Positions 47,586 to 58,149 of a stretch of DNA of 64,000 bases are shown here, in pieces. The translations under genes were made by a program, and so were the position numbers. This DNA is from an uncultured Pseudomonadota bacterium (GTDB lineage Bacteria > Myxococcota_A > Polyangia > Fen-1088): positions 352,001 to 416,000 of the forward strand of contig CAWKBC010000030.1 in NCBI GenBank assembly GCA_963847705.1, read 5' to 3'. How positions within the stretch are numbered: the stretch's first letter is position 1; every line of letters starts with the position of its first letter. The notes under the pieces were generated by a model, which was given only the letters and a program-made list of their open reading frames with translations, did not search any database and was not told where the DNA came from.

Positions 47586-48467
47586 CTAAAGGACGCCGAG
47601 CTCTTGCAGCTGTGCCCGGAGCTTCTCGCGGTGCTGCGGCGCCAGCGGATAGAGCGGCGGGCGGATCTCGTCGGCGATTCGCCCCATCATCGCCATCGCG
47701 GTCTTGACCGGGATCGGGTTGGCCTCGACGAAGAGCCCCTCGCCGAGCGGCAGCAGCCGGTAGTGCAGCTCCCGCGCCTTCTTCCAGTCGCCGGCGGCGG
47801 CGGCGTCCCACATCGCGCTCATCTGCTTCGGCGCGACGTTGCTGACGACCGAGATGACCCCGCGCGCGCCCAGCGCGAACAGCGGGAAGGCGGTGGCGTC
47901 GTCGCCCGAGAGCAGCGCCACCTGGTCGTTCTTGCCGCCGAGCTGGGCCAGGATCTGCGACGCGCGCAGCGCCGAGCCGGTGGCCTCCTTGACGCCGACG
48001 ACCTGGGGGAGCTCGGCGAGCCGCACGATCGTCTCGGGGAGGAGATCGCAGGCCGTCCGGCCGGGGACGTTGTAGAGCACGCTCGGCAACGGCACCGCCT
48101 CCACCACCGCCTTGAAGTGGCGGTAGAGGTGCTCCTGTCCGGGACGGTTGTAGTAAGGGGTGACCAGCAGCAGGCCGTCGGCGCCGACCCTGCGCGCGGC
48201 CGCCGACATCTCGATCGTCTCGCGCGTCGAGTTCGAGCCCGTCCCGGCGATCACCGGAACGCGCTTCTTGGTCGCCTCGACCACGAGCTGGATCACCCGC
48301 AGGTGCTCCTCGTTGGTGAGGGTGGGCGACTCGCCCGTGGTGCCGACGGGGACCAGCCCGTCGACGCCGCTGGCGATCTGCTCGTCGACCAGGCGGCGCA
48401 GCGCCTCTTCGTCGACGGCGTCGCCCCGCAGGGGCGTCACGAGCGCGGTGATGACTCCGGTGAACAT
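47586..48467 (-). CDS. dapA: 4-hydroxy-tetrahydrodipicolinate synthase
   Basis: GTTGES, TPYYN, YNVPGRT, KEATG, NPIPVK. Confidence 0.95.
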   Translation of the reverse strand: MFTGVITALVTPLRGDAVDEEALRRLVDEQIASGVDGLVPVGTTGESPTLTNEEHLRVIQLVVEATKKRVPVIAGTGSNSTRETIEMSAAARRVGADGLLLVTPYYNRPGQEHLYRHFKAVVEAVPLPSVLYNVPGRTACDLLPETIVRLAELPQVVGVKEATGSALRASQILAQLGGKNDQVALLSGDDATAFPLFALGARGVISVVSNVAPKQMSAMWDAAAAGDWKKARELHYRLLPLGEGLFVEANPIPVKTAMAMMGRIADEIRPPLYPLAPQHREKLRAQLQELGVL

Positions 48468-48528
48468 AGTTCACCTTCTATAACACGCGACCTCGCGGTC
48501 GGATCGCGCGCGTGAGGCGATTCGGACG

Positions 48529-48969
48529 TCAAGCGATTCGATCGGGAAACCGGACCAGCGGGACGAAGGCGCCGCCGACCAGGCGGCCAGCCGCCGCGCG
48601 GACGCCGCACAGGTTGGCCATGGCGAAGACGGTTCGGCCGTGGGGCGCCGCCAGCGTCAGCGAGCGCGGGTCGGTCTCGATCCCGTCGGGTCCGCGCCGC
48701 ATGAGCAGCACCTGAAGGGTGGGCGTCGGCGTCTCGGGCGCCAGGCGCCACTCGATCTCGACGGTGTCGTCCTTCTCCGTCACGCGCAGCCCCGGGACCT
48801 CGATGGGGGCGAGGGAGGGATTCTGCGCCAGCTCGGAGATGCGCGTCTCGTACCGCAGTCGAATGCCGGCGTCGTCGGCCCCCTCGGCCAGCCGCCGGAA
48901 GATCCCGATGGCCTGATCGATCAGGCCCTGGCGAACGCACAGCTCGGCCATCGTCTCGGTGTCGAACAC
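48529..48969 (-). CDS. Hypothetical protein with TPR-like TETMAEL motif
   Basis: TETMAELCVRQG...AIGIFRRL; lies in the operon. Confidence 0.7.
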   Translation of the reverse strand: MFDTETMAELCVRQGLIDQAIGIFRRLAEGADDAGIRLRYETRISELAQNPSLAPIEVPGLRVTEKDDTVEIEWRLAPETPTPTLQVLLMRRGPDGIETDPRSLTLAAPHGRTVFAMANLCGVRAAAGRLVGGAFVPLVRFPDRIA

Positions 48970-48970
48970 C

Positions 48971-49957
48971 TCAGGACTCTAACGCCCGCACACGGGCCAC
49001 GTCTGCAGTGATCTGCGCGATCAGCGCATCGATCGACTCGAAGCGTTGCTCGTCGCGCAGGCGGTCGAGGATCTCCAGGCGCACGCGACGCTCGTAGAGA
49101 TCGCCGTCGAAGTCGAGCAGGTGGGCCTCGACGGTCACCGGCGCCCCGCTGCCTGCACCGGTGAAGGTCGGATTTCGGCCGATGCTGAGCGCCGTCTGAT
49201 GCACGGCGCCAGCCTCCGGGCCGTCGAGGAGCCTGGTCCGCGCCGCGTAAATCCCCAGCTTCGGCACCAGCTCCCCTTCGGGGACGACGTTGGCGGTCGG
49301 GAAGCCCAGCGCCCGGCCGCGCGCGGCGCCACGCACGACACGCCCCTCGAGCTCCACCGGACGGGAGAGCAGCGCGGCGGCCCCCCGGACCTCCCCCTCC
49401 GCGCACAGCTCGCGCACCCGCGTCGACGAACAGGGGATCCCGTCGATGGTGACGGGCGGAATCACCGCCACCCCCAGGCCGAGCTCGGCGCCGAGCGCCG
49501 TCAACCGGGCGACGTTCCCGGCGCGGCCGCGCCCGAAGCTGAAATCGTAGCCGACCACCAGATCGCCGGCGGCAAGATCCTGCGCGAGCACCCGGCGAAC
49601 GAATTCGTCGGCCTCCACGGCCGCGAAGGCGGGGGTGAACGCCTCGACGATGGCGACGTCGATCCCCGCCTCCGCGAAGAGCTCCAGGCGGCGCTCGAGC
49701 GACATGATGAGCGGCGGTGCCTTGGTGGGCGCGAACAGGCGCGCGGGGTGAGGCGCGAAGGTCAGCACCGCCGAAGGTCCCCCCCGGCGCCGGGCGCGGG
49801 CCCGCGCCTCGTCCAGCAGCGCCTGGTGCCCGCGGTGCACGCCGTCGAAATTGCCGATGGCCACCGCCATCGGGGCCGTCGCCGAACGGGCCGCTCCACG
49901 GATGACCTCGGCGGCGCGTGCGACGGCGAAGGCGGCCGCGCCGGGGAGGATCTTCAC
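48971..49957 (-). CDS. ribF: Riboflavin kinase/FAD synthetase
   Basis: GNFDGVHRGH, VGYDFSFG, GFPTAN, EAHLLDF. Confidence 0.95.
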   Translation of the reverse strand: MKILPGAAAFAVARAAEVIRGAARSATAPMAVAIGNFDGVHRGHQALLDEARARARRRGGPSAVLTFAPHPARLFAPTKAPPLIMSLERRLELFAEAGIDVAIVEAFTPAFAAVEADEFVRRVLAQDLAAGDLVVGYDFSFGRGRAGNVARLTALGAELGLGVAVIPPVTIDGIPCSSTRVRELCAEGEVRGAAALLSRPVELEGRVVRGAARGRALGFPTANVVPEGELVPKLGIYAARTRLLDGPEAGAVHQTALSIGRNPTFTGAGSGAPVTVEAHLLDFDGDLYERRVRLEILDRLRDEQRFESIDALIAQITADVARVRALES

Positions 49958-50337
49958 GGCCCCTCGCCCGGGCGCGAGGGAAGCATCGTGCTCACCAGGT
50001 CGATGAGCATCTCCAGCTCGAACGGCTTCTCCAGGATCCTCGCGTGCGTCACCCCCAGCGCGGCGCGGCGGTTGCGCGGGACGCCGGTCATCAGCGCCAC
50101 CGGTGCGTCGGGGAAGATGGCGGCCAGCTCGGCGGGCAGCCGATCGGGACCGGCCGAGCCCGCCACCATCAGATCGCTGAGCACGGCCGCCGGGCGATTC
50201 CCTTCCGCGACCCAGATCTGCGCGGCGCGCACGTCGCGGACCAGCGCGGGCGCATGGCCGGCCTCGCGCAACACCTGGGCCACGAGGCCTCCGATATGAA
50301 CGTCGTCTTCGATGATGAGGATGACTGCGCCGGACAT
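49954..50337 (-). CDS. Single-domain response regulator
   Basis: ILIIEDD, LSDLM, MTG, KPF. Confidence 0.85.
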   Translation of the reverse strand: MSGAVILIIEDDVHIGGLVAQVLREAGHAPALVRDVRAAQIWVAEGNRPAAVLSDLMVAGSAGPDRLPAELAAIFPDAPVALMTGVPRNRRAALGVTHARILEKPFELEMLIDLVSTMLPSRPGEGP

Positions 50338-50343
50338 TTTAAC

Positions 50344-50374
50344 GGGAACCCTCAAAGGGTTCCCGCGCCCTCCC
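50344..50374 (+). repeat. REP-like palindrome
   Basis: GGGAACCCTCAAAGGGTTCCCGCGCCCTCCC. Confidence 0.6.
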
Positions 50375-50446
50375 AAGGCAAAGACGAAGACGGGCTTCGC
50401 CGAGCAGAGCTCGGCTCCGCTCCACGCGTTTCGCCTTCGGTTGTGA

Positions 50447-52261
<1,815 letters not shown>

Positions 52262-52406
52262 AAAAGTCCGGGTAATTTCGAGTGGTTACGTCTTAGACGC
52301 ACCGCCGGGCGTGTCTGTGTGTGCGGGTATGTGCAATTCGTGTACCAGAATGCCCATTGACGCTTGTCGGTGACGACCTATAGGTGTAAAAACGATCGGG
52401 AGCGGA

Positions 52407-53900
52407 ATGGCCATCGAGATTAAGCAGCACCTCAAGCTTCAGCAGCAGCTGGTGATGACGCCCCAGCTGCAGCAGGCGATCAAGCTGTTGCAGCTTTCCC
52501 GTATGGAGCTGGCCGACACCATCCGGGACGAGATCCTCGAGAACCCGATCCTCGAGGACGCCGTCGACACCGCCAGCGAGGAGCCGAATGGGAAGACCGC
52601 CGAGGCGGCCGACGGCGCCGACGTCGAGCACGTGGGCGAGACCGAGACGCCGGTGATCGAGATCCGCGAGGACAAGATCGACACCACCGCCGAGGTGAAG
52701 GCGGACAGCAACTCGAACGACGCGGTCAACGACTTCGACTGGGAGGGCTACCTGGACAACCAGGCGGCGGCCGCGCCGATGCCCTCCTACAAGTCGAACA
52801 ACGAGGACCTGCCGTCGCTCGAGTCGACGCTGACCCGGGGGACGTCGCTCTTCGACCACCTCGAGTGGCAGTTGAAGCTCAGTCCGTTCTCGCACGAAGA
52901 GGATGGGATCGGGATGCTGATCATCGGCAACCTGACCCCCGACGGTTATCTCGAGGAGCCGCTCGGCGATCTGGCCGAAGAGGCGTCCGTCAGCCTGGAG
53001 GTCGCCGAGTCCGTGCTGAAGCGGATCCAGGAGTTCGACCCGATCGGCGTCGGCGCCCGCTCGCTGGGAGAGTGCCTGCTGATCCAGGCGCGCCACATCG
53101 GCGCGGACGACGAGGTGGTGGTCGGGATCATCGAGAAGCACCTCTCGAACCTGGAGAAGAAGAACTACCAGGCGATCGCCAAGGACCTGGGCCAGCCGGT
53201 CGACGAGATCTACGAGGCGGCCAAGGTGGTCAAGGGCTTCGACCCCAAGCCGGGGCGGCAGTACACCTCCGAGGAGCCGACCTACATCACCCCGGACGTC
53301 TACGTCCACAAGATCGGCGACAAGTACTTCGTGGTCGCCAACGACGACGGGCTCCCCAAGCTGAAGATCTCCGACTTCTACCGGACGGCGCTGGCGGGGG
53401 GACCGAAGGCGCGCGAGTACATTCAGGAGAAGCTGCGCAGCGCGCAGTGGTTGATCCGCTCCATCCAGCAGCGGCAGCGGACCATCGGCCGCGTCACCGA
53501 GTCGATCCTCAAGTTCCAGCGTGAGTTCTTCGACAAGGGGACGGCCCACCTCAAGCCGCTCATCCTGCGCGACGTGGCCGAGGACATCGGCATGCACGAG
53601 TCGACGGTCTCGCGGGTGACCACCAACAAGTACGTCCACACGCCCCAGGGCATCTATGAACTTAAGTACTTTTTCAACTCGGGGATCTCGCGAACCGACG
53701 GTGACGACCTGGCCTCCGAGGCGGTCAAGCTGAAGATCAAGCAGATCATCGGCTCGGAGAGTCCGAAAAACCCGCATTCGGACCAGCGCATCGTCGAGCT
53801 GCTCAAGGATCAGAACATCGAAATCGCCCGCCGGACCGTGGCGAAGTACCGCGAGCAACTTCGCATCTTGTCGAGCTCGAAACGGCGCCAAGTTTTCTAG
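52407..53900 (+). CDS. rpoN: RNA polymerase sigma-54
   Basis: QQQLVMTPQLQQAIKLLQ, HESTVSR, ARRTVAKYR. Confidence 0.97.
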   Translation: MAIEIKQHLKLQQQLVMTPQLQQAIKLLQLSRMELADTIRDEILENPILEDAVDTASEEPNGKTAEAADGADVEHVGETETPVIEIREDKIDTTAEVKADSNSNDAVNDFDWEGYLDNQAAAAPMPSYKSNNEDLPSLESTLTRGTSLFDHLEWQLKLSPFSHEEDGIGMLIIGNLTPDGYLEEPLGDLAEEASVSLEVAESVLKRIQEFDPIGVGARSLGECLLIQARHIGADDEVVVGIIEKHLSNLEKKNYQAIAKDLGQPVDEIYEAAKVVKGFDPKPGRQYTSEEPTYITPDVYVHKIGDKYFVVANDDGLPKLKISDFYRTALAGGPKAREYIQEKLRSAQWLIRSIQQRQRTIGRVTESILKFQREFFDKGTAHLKPLILRDVAEDIGMHESTVSRVTTNKYVHTPQGIYELKYFFNSGISRTDGDDLASEAVKLKIKQIIGSESPKNPHSDQRIVELLKDQNIEIARRTVAKYREQLRILSSSKRRQVF

Positions 53901-53976
53901 AGCAGCGACTCGCGCTCAATTCCTTACACCCGACGGGGAAATGGGGTAGAACGCGCGTCGCAGACAGGAGCGCCAG

Positions 53977-54600
53977 ATGCAGCTGTCGACGACGTTTCGG
54001 CATATGGATGGTTCGCAAGCCGTGCGGGAGTACACGGCCGAGCGATTGGACAAGATCAAGAAATACTTCCACAAGGGGCCGATCTCGGCCCATGCCGTCT
54101 TCTCGGTGGAGCGAGGGTTCCACCACGTTGCCGATCTGAGCATCACGCTCCCGAACGGCATCGCCATCAACGCCAAGGAGACGACCGAGGACATGTACTC
54201 CTCGATCGATCTCGCTGCCGCCCGCATCGAGCGGCAAGTGCGCAAATGGAAGGAGAAGATTCGCGACCACAAGCCGCACGGCGGTCCCGCCGGGACGGTG
54301 CGCGAGCTGGTCATCCTGGCCGAGGAGATCGAGCCCCGACCGGCCACCGAGCCACCGGAGGCGGCCTCGGCCGTCGCGCCGGGGGGGTACAAAATCATTA
54401 AAGATGAGCGCGTGACCGCCCGATCCATGACGGTCGAGGACGCGGCCATGCAGATGAACCTGCTCGGTGACGAGCACCTGATCTTCACCGACGCGGGGAC
54501 GGGCTCCACCTCCGTCCTCTACCGCCGGCGGGACGGCAACTACGGCCTCATCGAGACCGCCCAGAGTGAGTCGCTGACCGGGGGCAAAGCGCCGCGCTGA
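53977..54600 (+). CDS. hpf: Ribosome hibernation promoting factor (long form)
   Basis: TFRHMD, DMYSSID, MTVEDA, YRRRDGNYGLIE. Confidence 0.92.
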   Translation: MQLSTTFRHMDGSQAVREYTAERLDKIKKYFHKGPISAHAVFSVERGFHHVADLSITLPNGIAINAKETTEDMYSSIDLAAARIERQVRKWKEKIRDHKPHGGPAGTVRELVILAEEIEPRPATEPPEAASAVAPGGYKIIKDERVTARSMTVEDAAMQMNLLGDEHLIFTDAGTGSTSVLYRRRDGNYGLIETAQSESLTGGKAPR

Positions 54601-54619
54601 CCGGGCGTCGCCAGGAGCC

Positions 54620-55081
54620 ATGCGAGTCATCGACTTTCTCCAGCCGAACTGCATCGTCGCCCGCCTGGGGGCGACCACCAAGCTGGGCGTGCTGGCGGAG
54701 TTGTCGGAGCAGCTGTCCAAGGCGGTCCCCGGCGTCGAGGCCGGGGCGCTGCGGCGCGTGCTCGAGGAGCGCGAGATGCTCGCCTCCACGGCGATCGGCG
54801 ACGGGATCGCCATCCCGCACGGCAAGCTGGACTCGGTCGGGCACCTGGTCGGCGCGCTCGGCCGTGCCGTCGAAGGAATCGAGTTCGAATCAATCGACGG
54901 CAAACCGACCAACCTGGTCTTCATGCTGGTGGCCCCGGCCAGCTCGACGGGCGTCCACCTCAAGGCGCTGGCGCGCCTCTCCCGGCTGTTTCGGGACGCC
55001 GACTTTCGCCAGCGCCTCCTCGCCGCCCCTTCGAGCGAGGCGATGTACCAGGTCATCGCCGAAGAAGACGCGAAATACTAA
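54620..55081 (+). CDS. ptsN: PTS EIIA(Ntr)
   Basis: ERE..STAIGDGIAIPHG, HLKALARLSR. Confidence 0.9.
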   Translation: MRVIDFLQPNCIVARLGATTKLGVLAELSEQLSKAVPGVEAGALRRVLEEREMLASTAIGDGIAIPHGKLDSVGHLVGALGRAVEGIEFESIDGKPTNLVFMLVAPASSTGVHLKALARLSRLFRDADFRQRLLAAPSSEAMYQVIAEEDAKY

Positions 55082-55230
55082 CGCGCCTTCGGCGCTCGCA
55101 GGGGGGACCTCGTCCCCCCTACGGGACCCCCCTGCTCAGGTCGGCGCCGGCGTGGCGAAGCCACGCCTCCTGTTGCTTGGACCCGCTCGCGATGCTCGCT
55201 CCGGCACCTCTGATCCCCTTCGCCTCTCAT

Positions 55231-55388
55231 CCCCTCTCCCGCTTGCGGGAGAGGGTTAGGGTGAGGGCAAGCCTTGCGCCGGGCGTGGCTCGTCAGCGTA
55301 GAGGGTGAGGGCAAGCCTTGCGACGGGCGTGGCTCGTCAGCGTACAGGGTGAGGGCAAGCCTTGCGACGGCCGGGCCCCGTCAGCGTA
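55231..55388. repeat. CCCTCTCCC..GGGAGAGGG palindrome followed by three 44-bp tandem units
   Basis: AGGGTGAGGGCAAGCCTTGCG..CGTCAGCGTA at 55258, 55302, 55346. Confidence 0.8.
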
Positions 55389-55398
55389 TGATGGGCGG

Positions 55399-56361
55399 GT
55401 GACGCCGGCGCTGACGGTACGGTCGCTGCTCGAGGAGGGGGCGAGCCTGCATTTGACGCTGGTGGCGGGGGAGGCGGGCCTGGGCCGGCAGATCACCATT
55501 CACCGCATCCAGAAGCCGGGGCTGGCGCTGGCTGGTTACGTGCTGCAGGTCCACCCTGAGCGGGTGCAGGTTCTGGGCGCGACGGAGATCTCGTACCTGG
55601 AGACGCTGGGCGACGAGGCGGCGCGGAAGTCGGTCCAGGCCTTCTTCAGCCTGAACCCAGCCTGCGTGGTGGTGACCAAGGGGCTGGAGGCGAACGCGCT
55701 GCTGCGAGAGACCGCCGATCGGCTGGGGGTCCCGCTGCTGCGGACGCCGCTCGTCTCCTCGGTGGCGATCGAGCAGATTCAGAAGTACCTCGAGCTGCAG
55801 CTGGCGCCCACCGCCAGCATCCACGCCGTCCTGATGGACGTGCTCGGCATCGGCGTCCTCTTGCTGGGCAAGAGCGGCATCGGCAAGTCGGAGGCGGCGC
55901 TCGACCTCATCATGCGCGGCCACCGGCTGGTGGCGGACGATCTCGTCGAGGTGCGCCGCACCTCGGGCAATCTGCTGGTCGGGTGGGCCTCGGAGCTGAT
56001 CAAGCACCACATGGAGGTGCGCGGCCTCGGCATCATCAACATCAAGGACATGTTCGGCGTGGCGGCCGTGCGCGACGAGAAGCGGATCGAGCTGGTGCTG
56101 GAGCTGATTCGCTGGGACCAGAGCGAGACCCACGATCGCCTCGGGCTCGACGAGATGGTCTATCCCATCCTGGAGGTGCAGGTGCCGCTCCTGCGCATCC
56201 CGGTCAGCCCCGGGCGCAACGTGAGCTCGCTCATCGAGGTGGCCGCCCGCAATCGCCTGCTGCAGGTGCGCGGCCACCATTCGGCGCGCGAGTTTCAAGA
56301 GCGGCTCGATCGCGCGCTGGCCGACGCCCGCGAGCGGCGCTGGCGGGACGACGTCGAATGA
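55399..56361 (+). CDS. hprK: HPr kinase/phosphorylase
   Basis: QKPGLALAG, GKSGIGKSE, LVADD, HHMEVRGLGII. Confidence 0.95.
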   Translation: MTPALTVRSLLEEGASLHLTLVAGEAGLGRQITIHRIQKPGLALAGYVLQVHPERVQVLGATEISYLETLGDEAARKSVQAFFSLNPACVVVTKGLEANALLRETADRLGVPLLRTPLVSSVAIEQIQKYLELQLAPTASIHAVLMDVLGIGVLLLGKSGIGKSEAALDLIMRGHRLVADDLVEVRRTSGNLLVGWASELIKHHMEVRGLGIINIKDMFGVAAVRDEKRIELVLELIRWDQSETHDRLGLDEMVYPILEVQVPLLRIPVSPGRNVSSLIEVAARNRLLQVRGHHSAREFQERLDRALADARERRWRDDVE

Positions 56362-57209
56362 GGCTGGTGGTGGTCACCGGGGTGTCAGGGGCCGGGAAGT
56401 CGACGGCGCTGCGCGCGCTCGAGGATCTGGGCTTCTACGCCGTCGATAACCTGCCGTTGCCGCTGGTGCCGCAGTTCATCGAGCTCTTCGGCAGCCGGAC
56501 CGACATCGATCGCGCGGCGCTGGGGCTGGACGCGCGGGGCGGCAGCTTCCTGGTGGGCGTCTCCTCGGTGTTCGCGCACCTGCGCCAGGCGGGGCACACC
56601 GTGGAGGTGCTCTTCCTGGAGGCCTCCGACGAGATCCTGATCCGGCGCTTTTCTGAGACCCGGCGGCGGCACCCGCTGTCGGACACCGACATCCGGGCCG
56701 GCATCGCGGCCGAGCGCAAGGCGCTGGCCGATCTGCGCCGCGAGACCGACGCCCTGGTCGACACGGGCGGGCTGACGGTGCACGTGCTGCGGGCGCTGAT
56801 TCAGGAACGCTACGGCCGCGGCGAGGGCGAGCTCTCGGTCACACTGCTGTCGTTCGGGTTCAAGCACGGCATCCCGGCCGAGGCGGACATCGTCTTCGAC
56901 GTTCGCTTCCTGCCCAACCCCTTCTTCGTGCCCGATCTCTCGGCGCTGTCGGGCGAGGACGAGTCGGTGGCCCGCTTCGTCCTCGACGACCCGGCAGCCA
57001 AGAGCTACGTCGAGGAGGCGGAGAGGTTCCTCCGGCTGTCGGTCCAGGGGTTCCTGCGCGAGGGAAAGTCGTATGCCACCGTGGCCATCGGGTGCACCGG
57101 CGGACGTCACCGCTCGGTCACCATCGCCAAGGAGCTGGCGCGGCGAATGGCCGGGTCATTTTCGATCTCGGTTCGCCACCGCGACATCCAGCGCGGCAGC
57201 TCGGCCTGA
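56358..57209 (+). CDS. rapZ: RNase adapter RapZ
   Basis: TGVSGAGKS, DNLP, ETRRRHP, SFGFKHG, GCTGGRHRS. Confidence 0.95.
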   Translation: MRLVVVTGVSGAGKSTALRALEDLGFYAVDNLPLPLVPQFIELFGSRTDIDRAALGLDARGGSFLVGVSSVFAHLRQAGHTVEVLFLEASDEILIRRFSETRRRHPLSDTDIRAGIAAERKALADLRRETDALVDTGGLTVHVLRALIQERYGRGEGELSVTLLSFGFKHGIPAEADIVFDVRFLPNPFFVPDLSALSGEDESVARFVLDDPAAKSYVEEAERFLRLSVQGFLREGKSYATVAIGCTGGRHRSVTIAKELARRMAGSFSISVRHRDIQRGSSA

Positions 57210-57252
57210 TCTCGGCCCGATCTCGGCCCGATCTCGGCCCCGATCTCGGCCC
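57208..57252. repeat. 11-bp tandem repeat, 4 copies
   Basis: GATCTCGGCCC units. Confidence 0.8.
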
Positions 57253-57335
57253 GAATGTCAGCTGTCCGGGCGGTTTGAGGAGACCGAGCAGTCTGCGCGG
57301 CGCCGGCAGCGTGAGATGGTACACTGCAAGGCCCA

Positions 57336-57794
57336 ATGGCCGTCGCGCTCGACAATGGGGCCCTGGTGGGGCTCGTCATCGTCACCCATGGTGGCAGCGG
57401 CGAATGCCTGCTCGCTGCCGCCGAGGGGCTGGTGGGACCCCTGGCGGCGTCGGCGGCCGTTTCGGTCTCCCTCTCCGATCCGTTCGAGGAGATCGTCCGG
57501 CGGGTCGGGCAGGCCTGCGACATGGTCGATGCGGGCGCGGGCCTGGTCATCCTGACCGACGTGCACGGCTCGTCGCCGTTTCGGGCCTGCCTGATGATGC
57601 TCGACGGCACTCGGCCGGTCGAGATCGTGTGCGGTATAAATCTCCCCATGCTGATCAAAGTGGCTACAGTCGATCGTCGCGGCCAACGTCCAGTCGAGGT
57701 CGCGGAGATCATCAAAGAAGTCGGCAAACGATCGATCCGTCTCGGCTCCGAGCTGGCGGGAAAGATCGGGCAGCCGCGGGAAGAGCGTCACTAA
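57336..57794 (+). CDS. PTS EIIA mannose-type
   Basis: GLVIVTHG, ILTDVHGSSP, GINLPMLI. Confidence 0.88.
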   Translation: MAVALDNGALVGLVIVTHGGSGECLLAAAEGLVGPLAASAAVSVSLSDPFEEIVRRVGQACDMVDAGAGLVILTDVHGSSPFRACLMMLDGTRPVEIVCGINLPMLIKVATVDRRGQRPVEVAEIIKEVGKRSIRLGSELAGKIGQPREERH

Positions 57795-57797
57795 ACG

Positions 57798-58079
57798 ATG
57801 TCGCGCGCCGAACGTGATGTGCAAGTGAGGAACCGCCTGGGCATGCACGCCCGCGCCGCCGTGCGCTTCGTGCAGAGCGCCAACGGATTCAAGAGCGAGG
57901 TCAAGGTCATCAAGGACGGGACCGAGGCCAACGGCAAGAGCATCATGGGCCTCCTCACCCTGGTGGCCGCCCACGGGGTCAGCATGAAGGTCGTCTGTGA
58001 GGGGGACGACGCCGAGGCTGCCGTCGCCGCCTTGGCCGATCTCGTCGCCAGTGGTTTTGGCGAAGGGATCGATCCTTGA
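57798..58079 (+). CDS. ptsH: HPr phosphocarrier
   Basis: GMHARAA, NGKSIMGLL. Confidence 0.92.
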   Translation: MSRAERDVQVRNRLGMHARAAVRFVQSANGFKSEVKVIKDGTEANGKSIMGLLTLVAAHGVSMKVVCEGDDAEAAVAALADLVASGFGEGIDP

Positions 58080-58149
58080 GAGCTGCCTTGAGAGCTGCCT
58101 TGCGAGCTGCCTTGAGGGAGTTGCCTTGATGGAGCTGCCCTGATGGAGC
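58074..58149. repeat. 12-bp degenerate tandem repeat
   Basis: CCTTGAGAGCTG-like units between ptsH and ptsI. Confidence 0.7.
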
